64,000 nt of DNA from Paramecium tetraurelia. Its lineage: Eukaryota. The position numbers were made by a program, and so were the translations under genes. The DNA is taken from NCBI GenBank assembly GCA_000165425.1, contig CT868396.1:146826-210825 (forward strand), read 5' to 3'. The notes under the pieces are model-generated. The model saw only the letters and a list, made by a program, of their open reading frames with translations, was not told the DNA's origin and made no database searches. Positions within the stretch are counted from its first letter, which is position 1. Every line of letters starts with the position of its first letter. Of the stretch, positions 39,508 to 52,868 are shown piece by piece.

Positions 39508-39868
39508 TAATTAAAATTAATAATTAGTGATCGATATAATATTATTGCAATATTTTAGTATTAATTCTTGATTAATCAAAATTTAAATAAAAATCTCAAT
39601 AATTCCATGTGATCATCTTATACACCTCAAAAGTATTAAAGAATATCTCTAATTCCAAATATTATTAAGAAAGATCACAATTATTTAGATACACTATAGG
39701 ATTGTAGAGTAAATAATATTAAGAATTTAAATTAATTTGAAGATTTCAAAATTTCAATTTCATAATCAAAGAGTATCCTAAAGATTTAATTAATTTTAAT
39801 AAGCAAATCAGTGCATATTCAAATAGATTATTAATGAATGGATTTGATATAAATTCTAATATAAAAAA

Positions 39869-40411
39869 TCATAATTCATGTTAAGATTTCGAGGAGAATA
39901 TTCTGTTCAATAAATTTAATTATGGTCGACTTTATAGAAAACTTCTACCTTAAGACTTTGTAGAACGATGAATGTTTTAATGTACAACATTTTACACTTT
40001 TTTTTAAGGCATTAATAAAGCTTTTAACATTTTTTTACTTTTCTCAGGAGATGAAACGCTATTTATTGAATCAATGTCGAGAGAATTCTATTTTTTAAAA
40101 GTGATTCTTGGAAATAGTAATCTCTGCTATATCCCCAGTAGACATAATTGTTTTTTTATTGAGTTTTATTACACTGGTTGTTATGCGGAGTCAAAATGAA
40201 AAGAGAAATTTTTATCCCTTGTTAGATTTAATAAATTTGGTTAACTATTTGACTTAATGTTCAGGGCTGGGTTTACATTTAATGTTTGTAATTCATCCTT
40301 GTCATTTTGTGGAGTGAGTCTTTTTAGGCTTCTTTTATGAAAACTAAACCCAGGAGGTATATAAAATTAAGCAGTTTGTTGCATAGGAGTCAAAGTATCA
40401 TTCGATATCAT
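39869..40411 (-). CDS. Hypothetical protein
   Basis: Intronless 180-aa code-6 frame MISNDTLTP...SQHEL*. Confidence 0.6.
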
Positions 40412-40481
40412 ATTTTTTATATTTTTTAAATTAATATTAATGTAATATATTATTAATGTACAATCTGTAAATTGATTCTAA

Positions 40482-41698
40482 TCATAAAATCTTATATAGA
40501 TAACAATGAGATTGTCTTCTGGGATCATAATTAACTTAATTATCTTCATTTCCTTAATTTTCATTATTGTTTTCAACTTAATTAATATTTTCATCTTATT
40601 AGATATTTTAAGATTCTTCTTATTATAAGTTAATTTATTATTATAAAATAGCTTATTATTCTTCTATTTCTTATTATTCTTATAATTATTATTATTCTTA
40701 TTATTATGATTTTTCTTATTATTATAATTCTTCTTATTATTATTCTTATTCTTATTCTCTTTTTATAATTATATATTCATATATTTCATCTTATTATTCC
40801 TATTTTTATTATTTTTAAGATTATTTATATTCATTAATACATTAAACCAATGAAGCTTTATCTTTCAATACATAACTTAAAGGTTTATCCTTTAATCTAG
40901 TTCTTATAATATTAATTAACTCAGCCTAACCAGATAATTTAATTTTGGTTTCAAATACATTTCTATTTTCAAATACTTGTTCCATAATATTCTTGAGTTA
41001 ATAATAACAATAATACAATTCTTTTTTAATGAGAAGAGTGACTGACAAATATGAGTTGCTTTGCCACTCTATTCATTTCCTTTAACAATAATAAATTTTT
41101 GATATCATCCCCACAAGATAATGCATCTAATGTACCTTTATCAAATGCAATATCAAATTGCTTATCTTGAAAGTCCATGGTTGTTGCATCCATAACTTAA
41201 TATTAGAGTTTCATATTTTTTTTAATAGCAGATTCCTGCATCCTATCAATAATGGTCTTAGATATGTCAATGGACACAATATTATGATATCTAAAATACA
41301 TGAATATCTACATACCCATCCTTATACATTTATTCAGACAAGGCTGAGTTACCACATCCAACCATCAAGATTGAACTTTCCTTGCTGATTTTAAATTTCG
41401 TTTGTTCCAAATAGAATTTAAGCTGAGGCCATTCTACATACCAGTCGAATCTCCCTTTATGTTCTTTGTATCTATCCTCCCAAAATTAATCTTTAGCGTA
41501 TTCCTCTCTTGAAAACACTTAACTCTTAGGTTGAACTTATTCTTATTAAATTTCTTCTGTTTATTCTTGTGGTTATTCTTATTGCTTCTCCTTTTATTAT
41601 AATTCTTGGTCTTTTTTGAGTTTCCAAACTCTTAAGAATGCTTTAAGAAATTGCTTCTTCTATTCAGATATTTCTGGATTATCATTATTGGAATCCAT
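40482..41698 (-). CDS. Class I SAM methyltransferase, EEF1AKMT4/METTL13-N-like
   Basis: YAKDQFWEDRY..FDWY, motif I ILMVGCGNSALSE, SIDIS, VMDATTM, FDIAFDKGTLDAL. Confidence 0.88.
40530..40830 (-). repeat. Coding low-complexity Gln/Glu/Asn tract (imperfect GAA-TAA-TAA repeats)
   Basis: Dense ttattattc/ttattc arrays on the + strand encode EQQ/EQE runs in the methyltransferase. Confidence 0.7.
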
Positions 41699-41945
41699 GA
41701 TTACAATATATTAATAATTTATATAAACCCATAAAGAATTAGTGTGATTCTAAGTTATACAAATAATAGTCAGTAGAATTAGATTAGGATCATAATCTCT
41801 GAGGCAATACTCTGAAAAATGGTTATTGTCATCAATATTATGATAAAGAGATGTATGGTCTAACTTGGAAGCTTATACTGATTAATAGTATATGCTTTGT
41901 TTCAATATACCAATATTATTATTAATTCATTATAATTTTTATCTC

Positions 41946-43066
41946 ATGAACAAAAATGATCAACGTTCTAGACATTCAAATAACAAAGAAACGATAGTGA
42001 TAACTGATGAAGAAGATGAACCAAAAATGTAGATATCTATACTAATAATTTAAGTTCTAAGAAGATAAAAAATGATAATGAAAATGATTGTGTAATGAGT
42101 GTAGATGTTATTCCATGGATGAGTAAGAAGACTCTTATGATCAGACATCCAGTCTTGAGATTGCACAATGAAATCGCTGAATTTTATGAATACATCTCGC
42201 CATCCGACCAAGAACATAAAAGAAGAGTCACTGCTTATTTAAGAGTAGAGAAATACTTGTAAGATATAGCCCCAGAGGCTTAGATTGAATCATTCGGTAG
42301 TTTCAAAACAAGGATGTATTTGCCTAATGCAGACATAGATATAGTAATGATAGAAACATCTTGCACACAAAAATAATTATTTAAGAAGGTTGCTGCCAGA
42401 ATGATGAAATAAACTAATAAATTTGAAAATGTTAATTTAATAGCCAATGCTAAAGTGCCAATCATTAAGTTTGTTGAAGTGGAATCCTAATATCATTTTG
42501 ACTTGTCATTCAATTAATTAGATGGATTAAAATAAATCGAAGAATTAGAAAAGGCTTTTGAACTTTATCCTGAATTAAAATTTCTCTTAATGACCTTAAA
42601 GTGTGTCTTAAGATAAAGAGACTTAAATGAAACATACAGTGGAGGAGTGGGTTCATTCTTGTTATTCCAAATGATCCTGGCCTTTTTAAGAGAATTTCGT
42701 AAGGATTTCTTCTAACATAATAAAGAAGATCAAATTAAAAATGTTACTTTAGGAGAATACATGATTAAGTTTCTTGAATTCTATGGCATCAAGTTTGATG
42801 TATCAAGGAAGAAAATTGTTATGGGTCAAGGAGGAAGAATTGAAAATAAATCTACCCAAGATGAAAGATTCTCCTTGTTTAGTCCACAAGATCCTGATCA
42901 TGATGTTGGTCATAGTAGTTATAAGATCAAGGAAATATTTAAGATCTTCTAAAATAGACACAACTTCTTAACCAATTATAATTTTAAGCCTGGAGAATCC
43001 GTACTTAGATACTTAATTAATCCAACAGATTAGAAGTTTTCATTTCTTAAACCAGCATAATTTTGA
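41946..43066 (+). CDS. Non-canonical poly(A) polymerase, TRF4/PAPD5-like
   Basis: LHNEIAEFY, FGSFKTRMYLPNADIDIV, AKVPIIKF, RDLNETYSGGVGSF, PAP-associated SPQDPDHDVG. Confidence 0.92.
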
Positions 43067-43075
43067 AATACATTT

Positions 43076-44368
43076 TCATATTATTGTTAAATACAATCTA
43101 AAATTATACACAAAAAGCCTTCCTCTCTTGTCACCAAGAATCAATATACTTTATGGAATATTTATACTAATTGCTGTTACTTCATCGATTTCTAATAGTT
43201 TCACTTTCTATAACAATTCATTTTGCACTATATTGTACAAGCAAAAGTAATCAGGTTTGCAGATAAATATCAAATGATCAGAATCTATTTATTGAATGTG
43301 TAATATTTTTGATTTTGATAATTTTGTGCTTCTCAATATTTTGCCGTAACCATTGCATATTGTTATCTTCCCTTGTTCAGTTCCAAAGTAGGTAAAGTTC
43401 TAATCGTAATCTGAGCAACTCAAATTATTCATTTTCCTCAGACTCACTCTTGAGATCTTTGCAATTGACCATCTTACAGTATATCCTTGGGAATCTGTCG
43501 ATAGTAAAGTGTTTGGTTCAATGTACTTTAAGTTGATGAGCATATTCTTGTGAAATTGAAATCTATATTAGTATTGATTCGCATTCAAATTATAACATAA
43601 GATATCATGGTTTTATCTTTGACCTCCTGGACTTAGAATGCAATCCTTATAGAAAATAGCCTATCTACTATAAGCCAAAGTACTTATTTCCTGATTCAAT
43701 TGCAAAATTTGATAATTATTGTCTATGTTTACTTTGAAAATTGCATATTTTTAATCATCTCCACAACTTAAAATATATTCCTGGCCCTAATATTTATAGT
43801 GAGTTAAAACTCTAATCCATGATTAATGCACATCTTTAATTCTTTATAACTCTTAAAGATTCTTATTCCATATAGAGACTGATTTATCAAAACTACTTAC
43901 AATTATTTTATCTCGAATTTATATAATTTTGCTAACAACTTGATTATCACTTGCAATAAATTTAGAATAATAGCTAAAAGATTCACTGAAATCATAAGTG
44001 AATTACAATCTTTTATCATTAACAAAATTATCCACAATAAAAAGTTATTCATATTGCCAATTAAATTATTCTAATTTGTTAATTTATTGAATTAGGTTTG
44101 AATTTAATTATTGGAACACATCCTCTATATATGTGGATACCTATTTCAAATTTAGTTGTAATTCTTCAAAGATTCTATCAATGTATAATTTTAATTGAGT
44201 TTGATTAAATGTTGATCCTGATGATAATTTTTTATTGAGATTTAACATCTTTGATTACCAAACACTGAATTTGGTGAAAGTTTCTAGCAAAATATTTGTA
44301 AACTTATTTGTAAATTCTTTGTCTTTAATATTTATATATTCTTTAATGTTATTTAAATTGATATCCAT
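43076..44368 (-). CDS. WD40-repeat protein
   Basis: Repeats such as IVSSFDKSVSIWN and ILSCGDDQNMQF; ends LILGDKRGRLFVYNF...*. Confidence 0.75.
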
Positions 44369-44470
44369 TAATTATTTTAATTATATTGTATTTTATGTAA
44401 TTTATAAATTCTATAATTTTTTAGAACTTAAATAAAATATGGAATTGAATTTTCATTTTTATAAATAATT

Positions 44471-44993
44471 ATGTAACAAGATTCAAATAGTTCTTTCGAA
44501 GTAACCACTGCTTAATAGTAGTATTAAGTTCCTCTGCAGACCAATTAATAACAAGGTACAACTAATTACATCTATATAACTAGGTTATGGATAATCCAAT
44601 AACAATTATTCCTCCTAACCATAGTATCCACCATAAAATATTAAGGTTTAAGGTTCTCCATGTAAGTTCTAATATAATTACTTTATAGATCCAGGTTAAT
44701 AAGAATTGGTTGTAGTAAATACTTAAATGGGGAATGCTACATAATCATAACTCCTCTGTAATCAATCAAGATTTCCTGTACCATTGACATGTCCTTATTG
44801 CCAAAGATAAGGAGCAACCAAAATTGATTATTAAACAGGATCTGGAACATGGTGTTGTTGCTTCATATTAGCTTTATTCATCTGTTGTATTTGCTGGGTG
44901 CCATTTTTGGGTGAAAAATGTAAAGATGCAACTCACTCATGTCCACACTGTGGATAAGTTGTTGGTATGTGTCCATATAAAGTGTGTGGATGA
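44471..44993 (+). CDS. LITAF-domain (zinc-ribbon) protein
   Basis: Pro/Gln/Tyr-rich N-terminus, CPYC, hydrophobic Cys-rich segment, CKDATHSCPHCGQVVG. Confidence 0.9.
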
Positions 44994-45542
44994 AAATGAT
45001 ATAATGATATTTGTGTTTGGCTGGAATTATTCATTCTATATCTTAAAGAAATCCTTAAATATACACTAATATATTTATATAGAATACTATCAGATTAATT
45101 ATAAATAAAATACATAAATAAATTTCAATAAATATTACTTAAAATATGATACTGAAAATAATTAGAACCTGATCTGAATATTCGATCAAGAAAATCACAT
45201 TTTTTAATTAAAAACAAAAAGTATTGAATTTTGATTAAAAGCAAACTGTTCACTAAAATTTTATTTTTCATAATTTTTTAATGATATTGGATGAGAATTG
45301 CATGATTACTTAATTATGCAGTCGAACTATTAAGTTGTCATGAGGAATTAAAAGTCAAAAAATTAAGTGATAAAAGTGTCCAACCTGAATTTTTAATATG
45401 AAAAATTTATAGATTTATCTACTATTAGAATTCATTTATTTAAATATTAAAATAGAAATATAATAAAGATGAATAAATTTTGAAGTTATTTAATTTAATA
45501 TTGTTTATTTTCATATATAATTAATCATTTATTTACCTATTA

Positions 45543-47750
45543 ATGAATAGAAGAAAAACAGTCGCTAAGGAGGCAATAATTGATGTTGAGGATCAAATCA
45601 ACTAGAAAGAATTAATGTTTGGAGTATTCATTTTTATGTTATAATGAGCCTGTAATCTAAGTATACAGAGATAATCTCAATCTAACAGATATATAGGTAG
45701 ATTCCATTACTAATATCATGCAAAATATAGAGATCTTTAAAACATGGTGTCCTGAATCTAGTACATTATTTGAGTTTACTCGTTTAATTTGTTAAAATCT
45801 ATAGTACGAAAGAATTGAAAAAGGAAATGCAGTGTTTCATATAGGTTATAAGTCTTGCTTATTTCAAGGTGAATAGGGAGACAAGTTTTACATTATCCTC
45901 ACTGGCAGAGCAGGTGTGTATATTCGTAGACAGCAATAGTAAATAGAAGCTGAAGAAGGTGCTATGTTACCAAAAATTGAAAAAATTCTTGAAAGAATGC
46001 AAATTAAAACAATTGAAGAAATTGATTAAGATCAAAAATTGTCCTTTTATGAAAAGCTAATAAAAAAATAATCAAAACCAGTAAAACAAATAGAAGCAGA
46101 ATTATTATTATTACATGTAGGTAATTTCGATATGTATTTTACTATTAATGGAATATGTAAATTCTAGTAATTGTCACAAGTGCATTCTGGTCTCTATTTT
46201 GGAGACATGGCTTTGACAACTGATAAGCCTAGGGCAGCTAGCATAATTGCTGTATCAGATGTCTAAGCCTTATCACTTAATAAAGCCAATTTTAAAGTAT
46301 AAAATTTAACCCTAATCATCTATAGAAAATCTTTGAAAAATAGATTAAGACACAATAAGAAAAAATAGATTATTTTCTTAAGATGTTTCCCACTATGACT
46401 AAATTCAAAATGAGTAAACTGATTATGTATTTCACTTAATACAAATATCCTGTCAATTACACCATCTGGAAGTAAAATGATATTGTCGATGGATTCTTTC
46501 TCTTAAAGGATGGAGAAATCTAGCTCTAATAGACGGTTGATTTTAATCCACTTCTAAAGTCTGATTAGAATCAAATTGCCTTATCTCCAAAAAAAGAGAA
46601 AACTAATCAGAAGGAACTCGTTACTGTATAATTCTTATTTAATATATAGATAGCTCATCTTACAGGAGGATGCTTCGTTGGGGAAACTGACATCTATTTG
46701 TAGAATGAAAAAAGAGATTACACTGTGAAAACATTGACTCAATGCAATGTATTTACATTACAATTGGATAATTTTGCTATTGTCAAGAAATCCTTTCCAG
46801 AATTCATTTTACCTCTCTAAACTCTACAACAAAAAAACATTGCGTTGTATAGAAAAAGATTAGATGAAATTGTGTAAACAAAGGTTGCTAATATCAATCT
46901 ACACAAAAAAGAGGAAATCAAAAATATTGAAAGGAGATACATCAACGAAATAGAAATTAAATTGCATTCGTAGAATTCATACTAAGAATAATCCTCCCCT
47001 ATTCTGAGATCAACCTTGTAGCCTAAAATGACCAAATAATAAATGGTTGAATAGAATTTGTCTATCGCTGATTAACATACAAAATCTGACATAGCAGCTG
47101 GTAAAAATGAGGAATTTAACATGCTCAAAATGGCTGGAGAAAACTTCTAAAAGTGTTTGCTTATCAGAGTAGAAAAATAATTCGAATAATTTTAACCAGC
47201 AAAACCTAAGTATTTATTTTAAATTTATTTATATATAAGAGCTAAAACACCTTACTTTAGTAAACACCAAAAGGATATTAAAGATCTATTCGAATAAATT
47301 AGAAGACATCAATTACCTTTGGTTTAATAAAAAGAACCAATCGTATTTAATCAATAACAAGAAGATGATTTACAAAATAATCTGCCGTTCCTAACCATGA
47401 CCAAATAATAACTAAGAATAATTAATCCTTTAATTTAATAAAAGGTTGAAATACTCAAATAATGCCTAAGTCGTTAATCTCATACATCTATTTCGAAATC
47501 TAAATCTTTATGTTAAACAGCGGGTCAATTTTATAAATCTAAAGCATAACAAGGATTTATTCTTTGTGATTCTCTCTTTCCATACAAACCAGTTCATAGT
47601 ACTAAAAATAGCAACAATCAACACTATAGTAATCTTAAAGTTTTCCAAAGAAATAAGACAACACAATAAAGTCAAATATAAAAAAGATCATGTCAAGATA
47701 TTACAGACACTAATTTTTTTAGTTCTCAACCTACAGTCTAATTCATGTGA
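45543..47750 (+). CDS. Protein with tandem cyclic nucleotide-binding domains
   Basis: FQGEQGDKFYIILTG..YFGDMALTTDKPRAASI; second domain VDGFFLLKDGEI..FVGETDIY..RDYTVK. Confidence 0.85.
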
Positions 47751-47803
47751 TCTCCATTTAAATGTTAATAAAGTTAATCAAACATTTATAAATAGAAATA
47801 TTA

Positions 47804-50800
47804 TCAATCAAACCAATCTATCTCTTCAACATTTGGCTTTAAGGGCACACTTTTATTTTTTAAGACATTTATTTCTTCCTACAAAGAGCTTGCTTATTTT
47901 AGATTAAATACTTATTTTCTTCCTTTAATTTTTAGATTGTTTCCTGTAGGTTTTGGATTTATTTCTGCTGATCTGAAGTTTTCTTTTACAAAACAAATAA
48001 GTTTAATTCTTCATTTTCGTCCTCATCCTATGATCCTTAGCTATTATCATCAGGAAGATCTTGGAACTAATCATATTGGATTTAATTTTGACTTCGTTTT
48101 GATCGATTACTAATCACAGATTTATTCATTTGTAATTCAAACTATTCAAGCATTCTTCTTTATTCCTCCTTTAATTTCTCCATTTCCTTTTACATTTTAT
48201 CAATTTCCTATAATAATAGTTCATTTTAATTTTACAATAACTATTTTTCCTTCTCTGTTTGTTAAGATTTTTCATTATCTTGCTCATTAAATGACTTGAT
48301 TTATTATTCTTATTGTTTAATTAAATCTTCCTTCTTATTTATTTACTCTTTCAAAATCATATTTTCAAATTTCAAATCATCCTCATCTTCAAGTTCTTCA
48401 TTATTCTCTTCTTCATTTATATCTCTAAATTGATCAAATTTAGCTACTTGAAAGCTTCGTTTAGATCTGTTACTCAAGACAGATTTATTTTAAAGTTAGT
48501 CAAATTACTCATGTATTTTATTCAATTACTCCCTCAATGATTAAATCTCCTGATCCTTTTCAGCAATTAGTTTTTTTAATTATTATTCCTGATTTTATTC
48601 TAAAATCTTCTTTTATATATTGTCTTCCTATTCTTTTTATTTATTTTCATAACCCTGTAATTCTTATTACAAATCTTCAATTTGGCTTTATAAACTCTAT
48701 ATTACCATTTCTTAACTTGAAATCTTTTGTTTCTAATGATTAATTTCACTTTTTTATTCCTCAATAAGCTTCCCATTTTCTTAATTTAATTACAGGATTA
48801 GATTCTCCTGATTATTCATTTTTTCAATTGCAACATCTAAACTACTTTCCATTTCATTTTTTTATTAAATAACCTAATTAATTTCTAAATCTTTTTCTTA
48901 GATAATTTCTTATAGCTGCTATATTTGTTGTTTTAATAAATGTAATTAGTCCTATTGCTAAACTGATTCTGTATATGATATAGTTTCAGTCATTTATTAA
49001 ACAGTCGCTTATTGTCTTGGTGATATTTATGATTCAAATATATCCAGTAAATCTTAATTTTATTATAAAGAACTTTTGTTCTCAGAAATGCTCTATAATT
49101 AAGACTATAATTATAAAGACTTTATTTATTCCTCCTGCAGCTCAGATTATAATTCTACTAATTACCTTTATGCCTATTTCAATTTGTCATTAAACTATAA
49201 TTAATTAGTTTTATATTATTAGAGCTCATTTTCGTACTATTCAAGTTTTTTACTTTAGTCATCTACCTTATTTTCCAATATTTGTTTTTCATTTCCAAAC
49301 TCATTCTGCAATTAGATATTATCATTCAATAACTGTTCTTTTTCCTTATTAACATCTAGTAATTAATTTTATAGATCTACTATTTCCTATGTATTTTGAT
49401 TAAATTAATTTATTTATCCTTGATCATCCAATTATTATTTTAAATTTAAGATATAATCATCCTTTTTTTAATTCTCAATTTCAAAAACCTACAATTTTTC
49501 AATTATTCTTTCTTAGTTAGTATTTTTTTATTACAAATTTAGTAAATTATTTTCACTTAGTGCTAATTTTTATAATAGATTATTATTTTATTCCTCCCAT
49601 TCTTCATTTTATTCTTTAAGTAATTTCTTATTCTTTGCAGTTAATTCGTCCATCTATTTCAATAAATCCAAATTTTCTTTTTGATATTTGGTTATTTTTT
49701 AAGTTTATTCTTCAATTTCTTAGTTGGCCAGAGCTAATTAATCTTCTAATTTTTCCAAATTCTAAATTAATAAATCGGATTTATCTTTTTCATTTTTTAT
49801 TGATTCTTGTAACTCATTCTTTTCATTTAATAATCTAGAATTCTGCTTATTTAATTTATCTATTTCTTGCTGATATTTCACAATCTTGTCTGATAATAAT
49901 TATTGATTTAAATTATCTTAAGATAAGTCTTTTAATTTCTCCATCAAATCTTAGATTTACTTTTCAAATTGTTTCTTTTCATCTATATTTTTAACTAATG
50001 TAGCTTCGTACTGTTGGTTTTATTATGCTAAATTTTAAATGGTCTAATTTTATTTATTAACTCTAAGTTAGAGTTATTCAAATTCGGTTAATTCCTCCAA
50101 CTTACTTTCAAGTTCTTTTTCTTTTAATTTTAATTAAGTTTCTAAGTCTTATTTTTATTTTGATAATTAATTATAATTGATAGATAATTTTGCATATTTA
50201 TCCTCATTGATTGCTAGTTATTCAGATAGTTTTTCATTGTGGATTTACCATTAATCATTGAGTGAATCTATTGATTATTGTTTCTATTAATTGACATATT
50301 GAATTTTTTTTATTAATTCAGTATTTTCTTATTTAGTATAATCAAATTAACCTTACAAAGTGGAATAATCTTTTCTAATTTTCTAAACTTCAACTTTTGA
50401 ATTTTCTAATTCATTTAATATTGTATTATTATTCTTTTTCATTAATTATATTTGCTAATTTAAATCCTACTAAATTTATTCATTCTCTTTTAATTTATTA
50501 ATTAGTTATTGTACATCTTGTTGCTTTTAAGACTATATAAATACAATAAATATTTACTTAATTTTTATTTTGGTTTATAGTTTAATTAAGTGATTCGATA
50601 ATTTAATCTCTTCCTTCCAATTCATCCATCAAAGCGATAAGTTGACTTTCTAATTTCTTTATTTTTTATTATGCTTCCTTCTTTATTAATTATTCCTTTT
50701 CAAGAGAAGTACTTTTTTCTTGTTCTAAATTATAGATAATTTATTAATGTTTTTTTTTGAATTCATTAAATTATTCTTCAATTTGTTGAGCTTGATTTAA

Positions 50801-51691
50801 TTTTTGTTCATAGCTTGGTTTCTTTTATTCCTATTTGAGTTGAATCTCTAAATTCTTTACTTTTTATAACAAATTCTATTTATCCTATTTTAGTTCATTA
50901 ATAATAGTTTTAGAATCTATTTATCGAGCACTGCTTAATAAATCTTCATCTATTTACTATTTCCGATTTATTTTATTTAACTTTTTCATAATTTTAAGCA
51001 TTTTCTCCTCTTTCAATTCCAAAGATTGAAGTGTTTGTTATTCTAATTCATTTAACTATCTTAAAATGAAATTTTAATATTCATAAAAAACTAAATTGTT
51101 TTCTTGAGTACTATTATTATCTTATGTGTCTTATTATTAATTTAGATCTACTTATGAATATAATCTCTAAATAATATATCTGGCATCACTTAACTATTAT
51201 GATAAGCTTTTAATTGTATTAGACAAACTTATGTTTTCTATTTTCATCTAATCTTAAACATTTTGTAAACCTGCAATTTATGTTTAATAGAACATTCTAG
51301 TCTTATCATTTCTTATTTTCAAATCAGCTATTTCTTAGAATGAGTTATCTTATTATTAAAAATTATTCTATTCACAATCATTTTTGGCAGTATTTATGTT
51401 GGATGGGCTCAAATATCTCAAATTCTATGGATTGATTAATTAATGTGTTTTCTAGAATTATTCGCCATTTTTTCCTGATTTCAGAAAGGTTAAATAGTTA
51501 TCTTAATTATTGGTTTAATTTTTGAATTGAAATTAGTAATCTTAGGTTTTTTTTGAATTATTTTATTTCTACATATATGTTAGCTAATCAGCTTTAGTTA
51601 AATTTTAAGTGTTTCTTAAATATGATTTGCAATTCAAACTATTACCTCTTGTTCGTTCCTATTGTAAAGCAGGAGAATTTCTGAATGACAT
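47804..51691 (-). CDS. Very long Gln/Glu-rich coiled-coil protein
   Basis: ATG 51691, about 3.9 kb of heptad-like E/Q/K/L sequence ending ..PNVEEIDWFD*. Not checked codon by codon throughout. Confidence 0.7.
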
Positions 51692-51738
51692 AAATTAGTT
51701 AACTTTTATAAATAAAATAAAATTATAATAGTTAAGAA

Positions 51739-52195
51739 TCAATATCTGTAATACCCACTATTGTATGGTTGACTATTAATATAAGCAATACAATTACTAA
51801 TATTTGGATACATGTAGTTGTTGAGTAGTTGTTCTACTAAATGGTATCACCTTAGGTTCAGGTATTAAAGGAGGAGGACTAAATGATGGTGGTAACATAT
51901 ATGCTAATATATGATGTTCAGGCGATCTTAATTCCAATAAGAAGTCATCTGCATGCAAGAATGAATGGGACACAAAAGCACCAATCTAATACATTATAAT
52001 TGAAAAACAACGTCCTTTTATTTTTATATTTAAAATACCATATTTCTCTTCCAGATTGTGTCTAATATAATCTGTTTTATGAGCATAGTGTTCTTAGTGT
52101 AAAGATTTATGATAAAAATCCATGATGTCAAATTTCATTTCATTGCTAATTTAGAATCCTTATGTAACACATTCAATTTTCACTTTTTAGTTCAT
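51739..52195 (-). CDS. Divergent dynein light chain (LC8-like fold) with Pro-rich tail
   Basis: ISNEMKFDIMDFY..KTDYIRHNLEEKYGRCFSIIM..SHSF resembles LC8 helix 2 and the following strands. Two introns. Confidence 0.5.
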
Positions 52196-52228
52196 AGTAC
52201 TGTTAAAAATTTAAAAATAAATTAAATT

Positions 52229-52820
52229 ATGTTAAATAGTTTCTTAAATAAATATAAGTTTGCATTTACGTATCCATGTCCCCGGAAATTGAGAGAGATT
52301 GTCAAAATGTCTTTATTTGAACGGGAATCAAAGGATCAAGTTGTTTCATTGTGGATGGAGTATCATAAAGATAAACAAAACAATGTTGCTTATGTTGTAA
52401 GCAAGGATGAACACGATATTCTCAAGAGAAATACAAAAGAATCTCCATTATTTTTATTGCCAATCAAACGAAAAGGAGGCCATTTCTAATTAATTGGATA
52501 GGCATAAACAAATAGTATTGTAAGGATAATACATATTCTAGTTATTTACTTTTTTAGAAGAATATAAAAAATCTGGGTCTTTTTCCTCTCCTTATTTTAT
52601 ATTAACTATCTTTGAAGAGCTGCTAGCATAAAAACAGGTCTCTTTAATAAGAGGAGATATTATGGATTATAAAATTGATAAAGATGAGGCTACCTTCTTA
52701 ACTAATCAATTTCTTAAATTTTATATGACACCAGAACTATATGAAAAATACATCTATACACTAAATCATAAATAACAAGAATTCAATTATGATGATTTTA
52801 AAAATCATTTTTAAATATGA
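52229..52820 (+). CDS. ATP11: Mitochondrial F1-ATPase assembly factor ATP11
   Basis: PRKLREIVKMSLF..VSLWMEYH..SPLFLLPIKR..FTFLEEYK..LIRGDI. Confidence 0.85.
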
Positions 52821-52868
52821 TAATTTATCAATAACAATGCATCATTTATATTATATATGTATTTATTT

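Noticed and set aside
40530..40830. Tandem repeat that might be a satellite or CRISPR-like array
   Set aside because: Imperfect trinucleotide coding repeats with no repeat-spacer structure, in a eukaryotic context.
41710..41885. C/D-box snoRNA-like TGAT...CTGA pairs
   Set aside because: C boxes are non-canonical, and no terminal stem or rRNA complementarity was identified by eye.
25327..43066. Functional RNA-metabolism cluster (exonuclease, SR protein, SAS10, TRF4-like)
   Set aside because: Interspersed with unrelated genes on both strands; no evidence beyond chance proximity.
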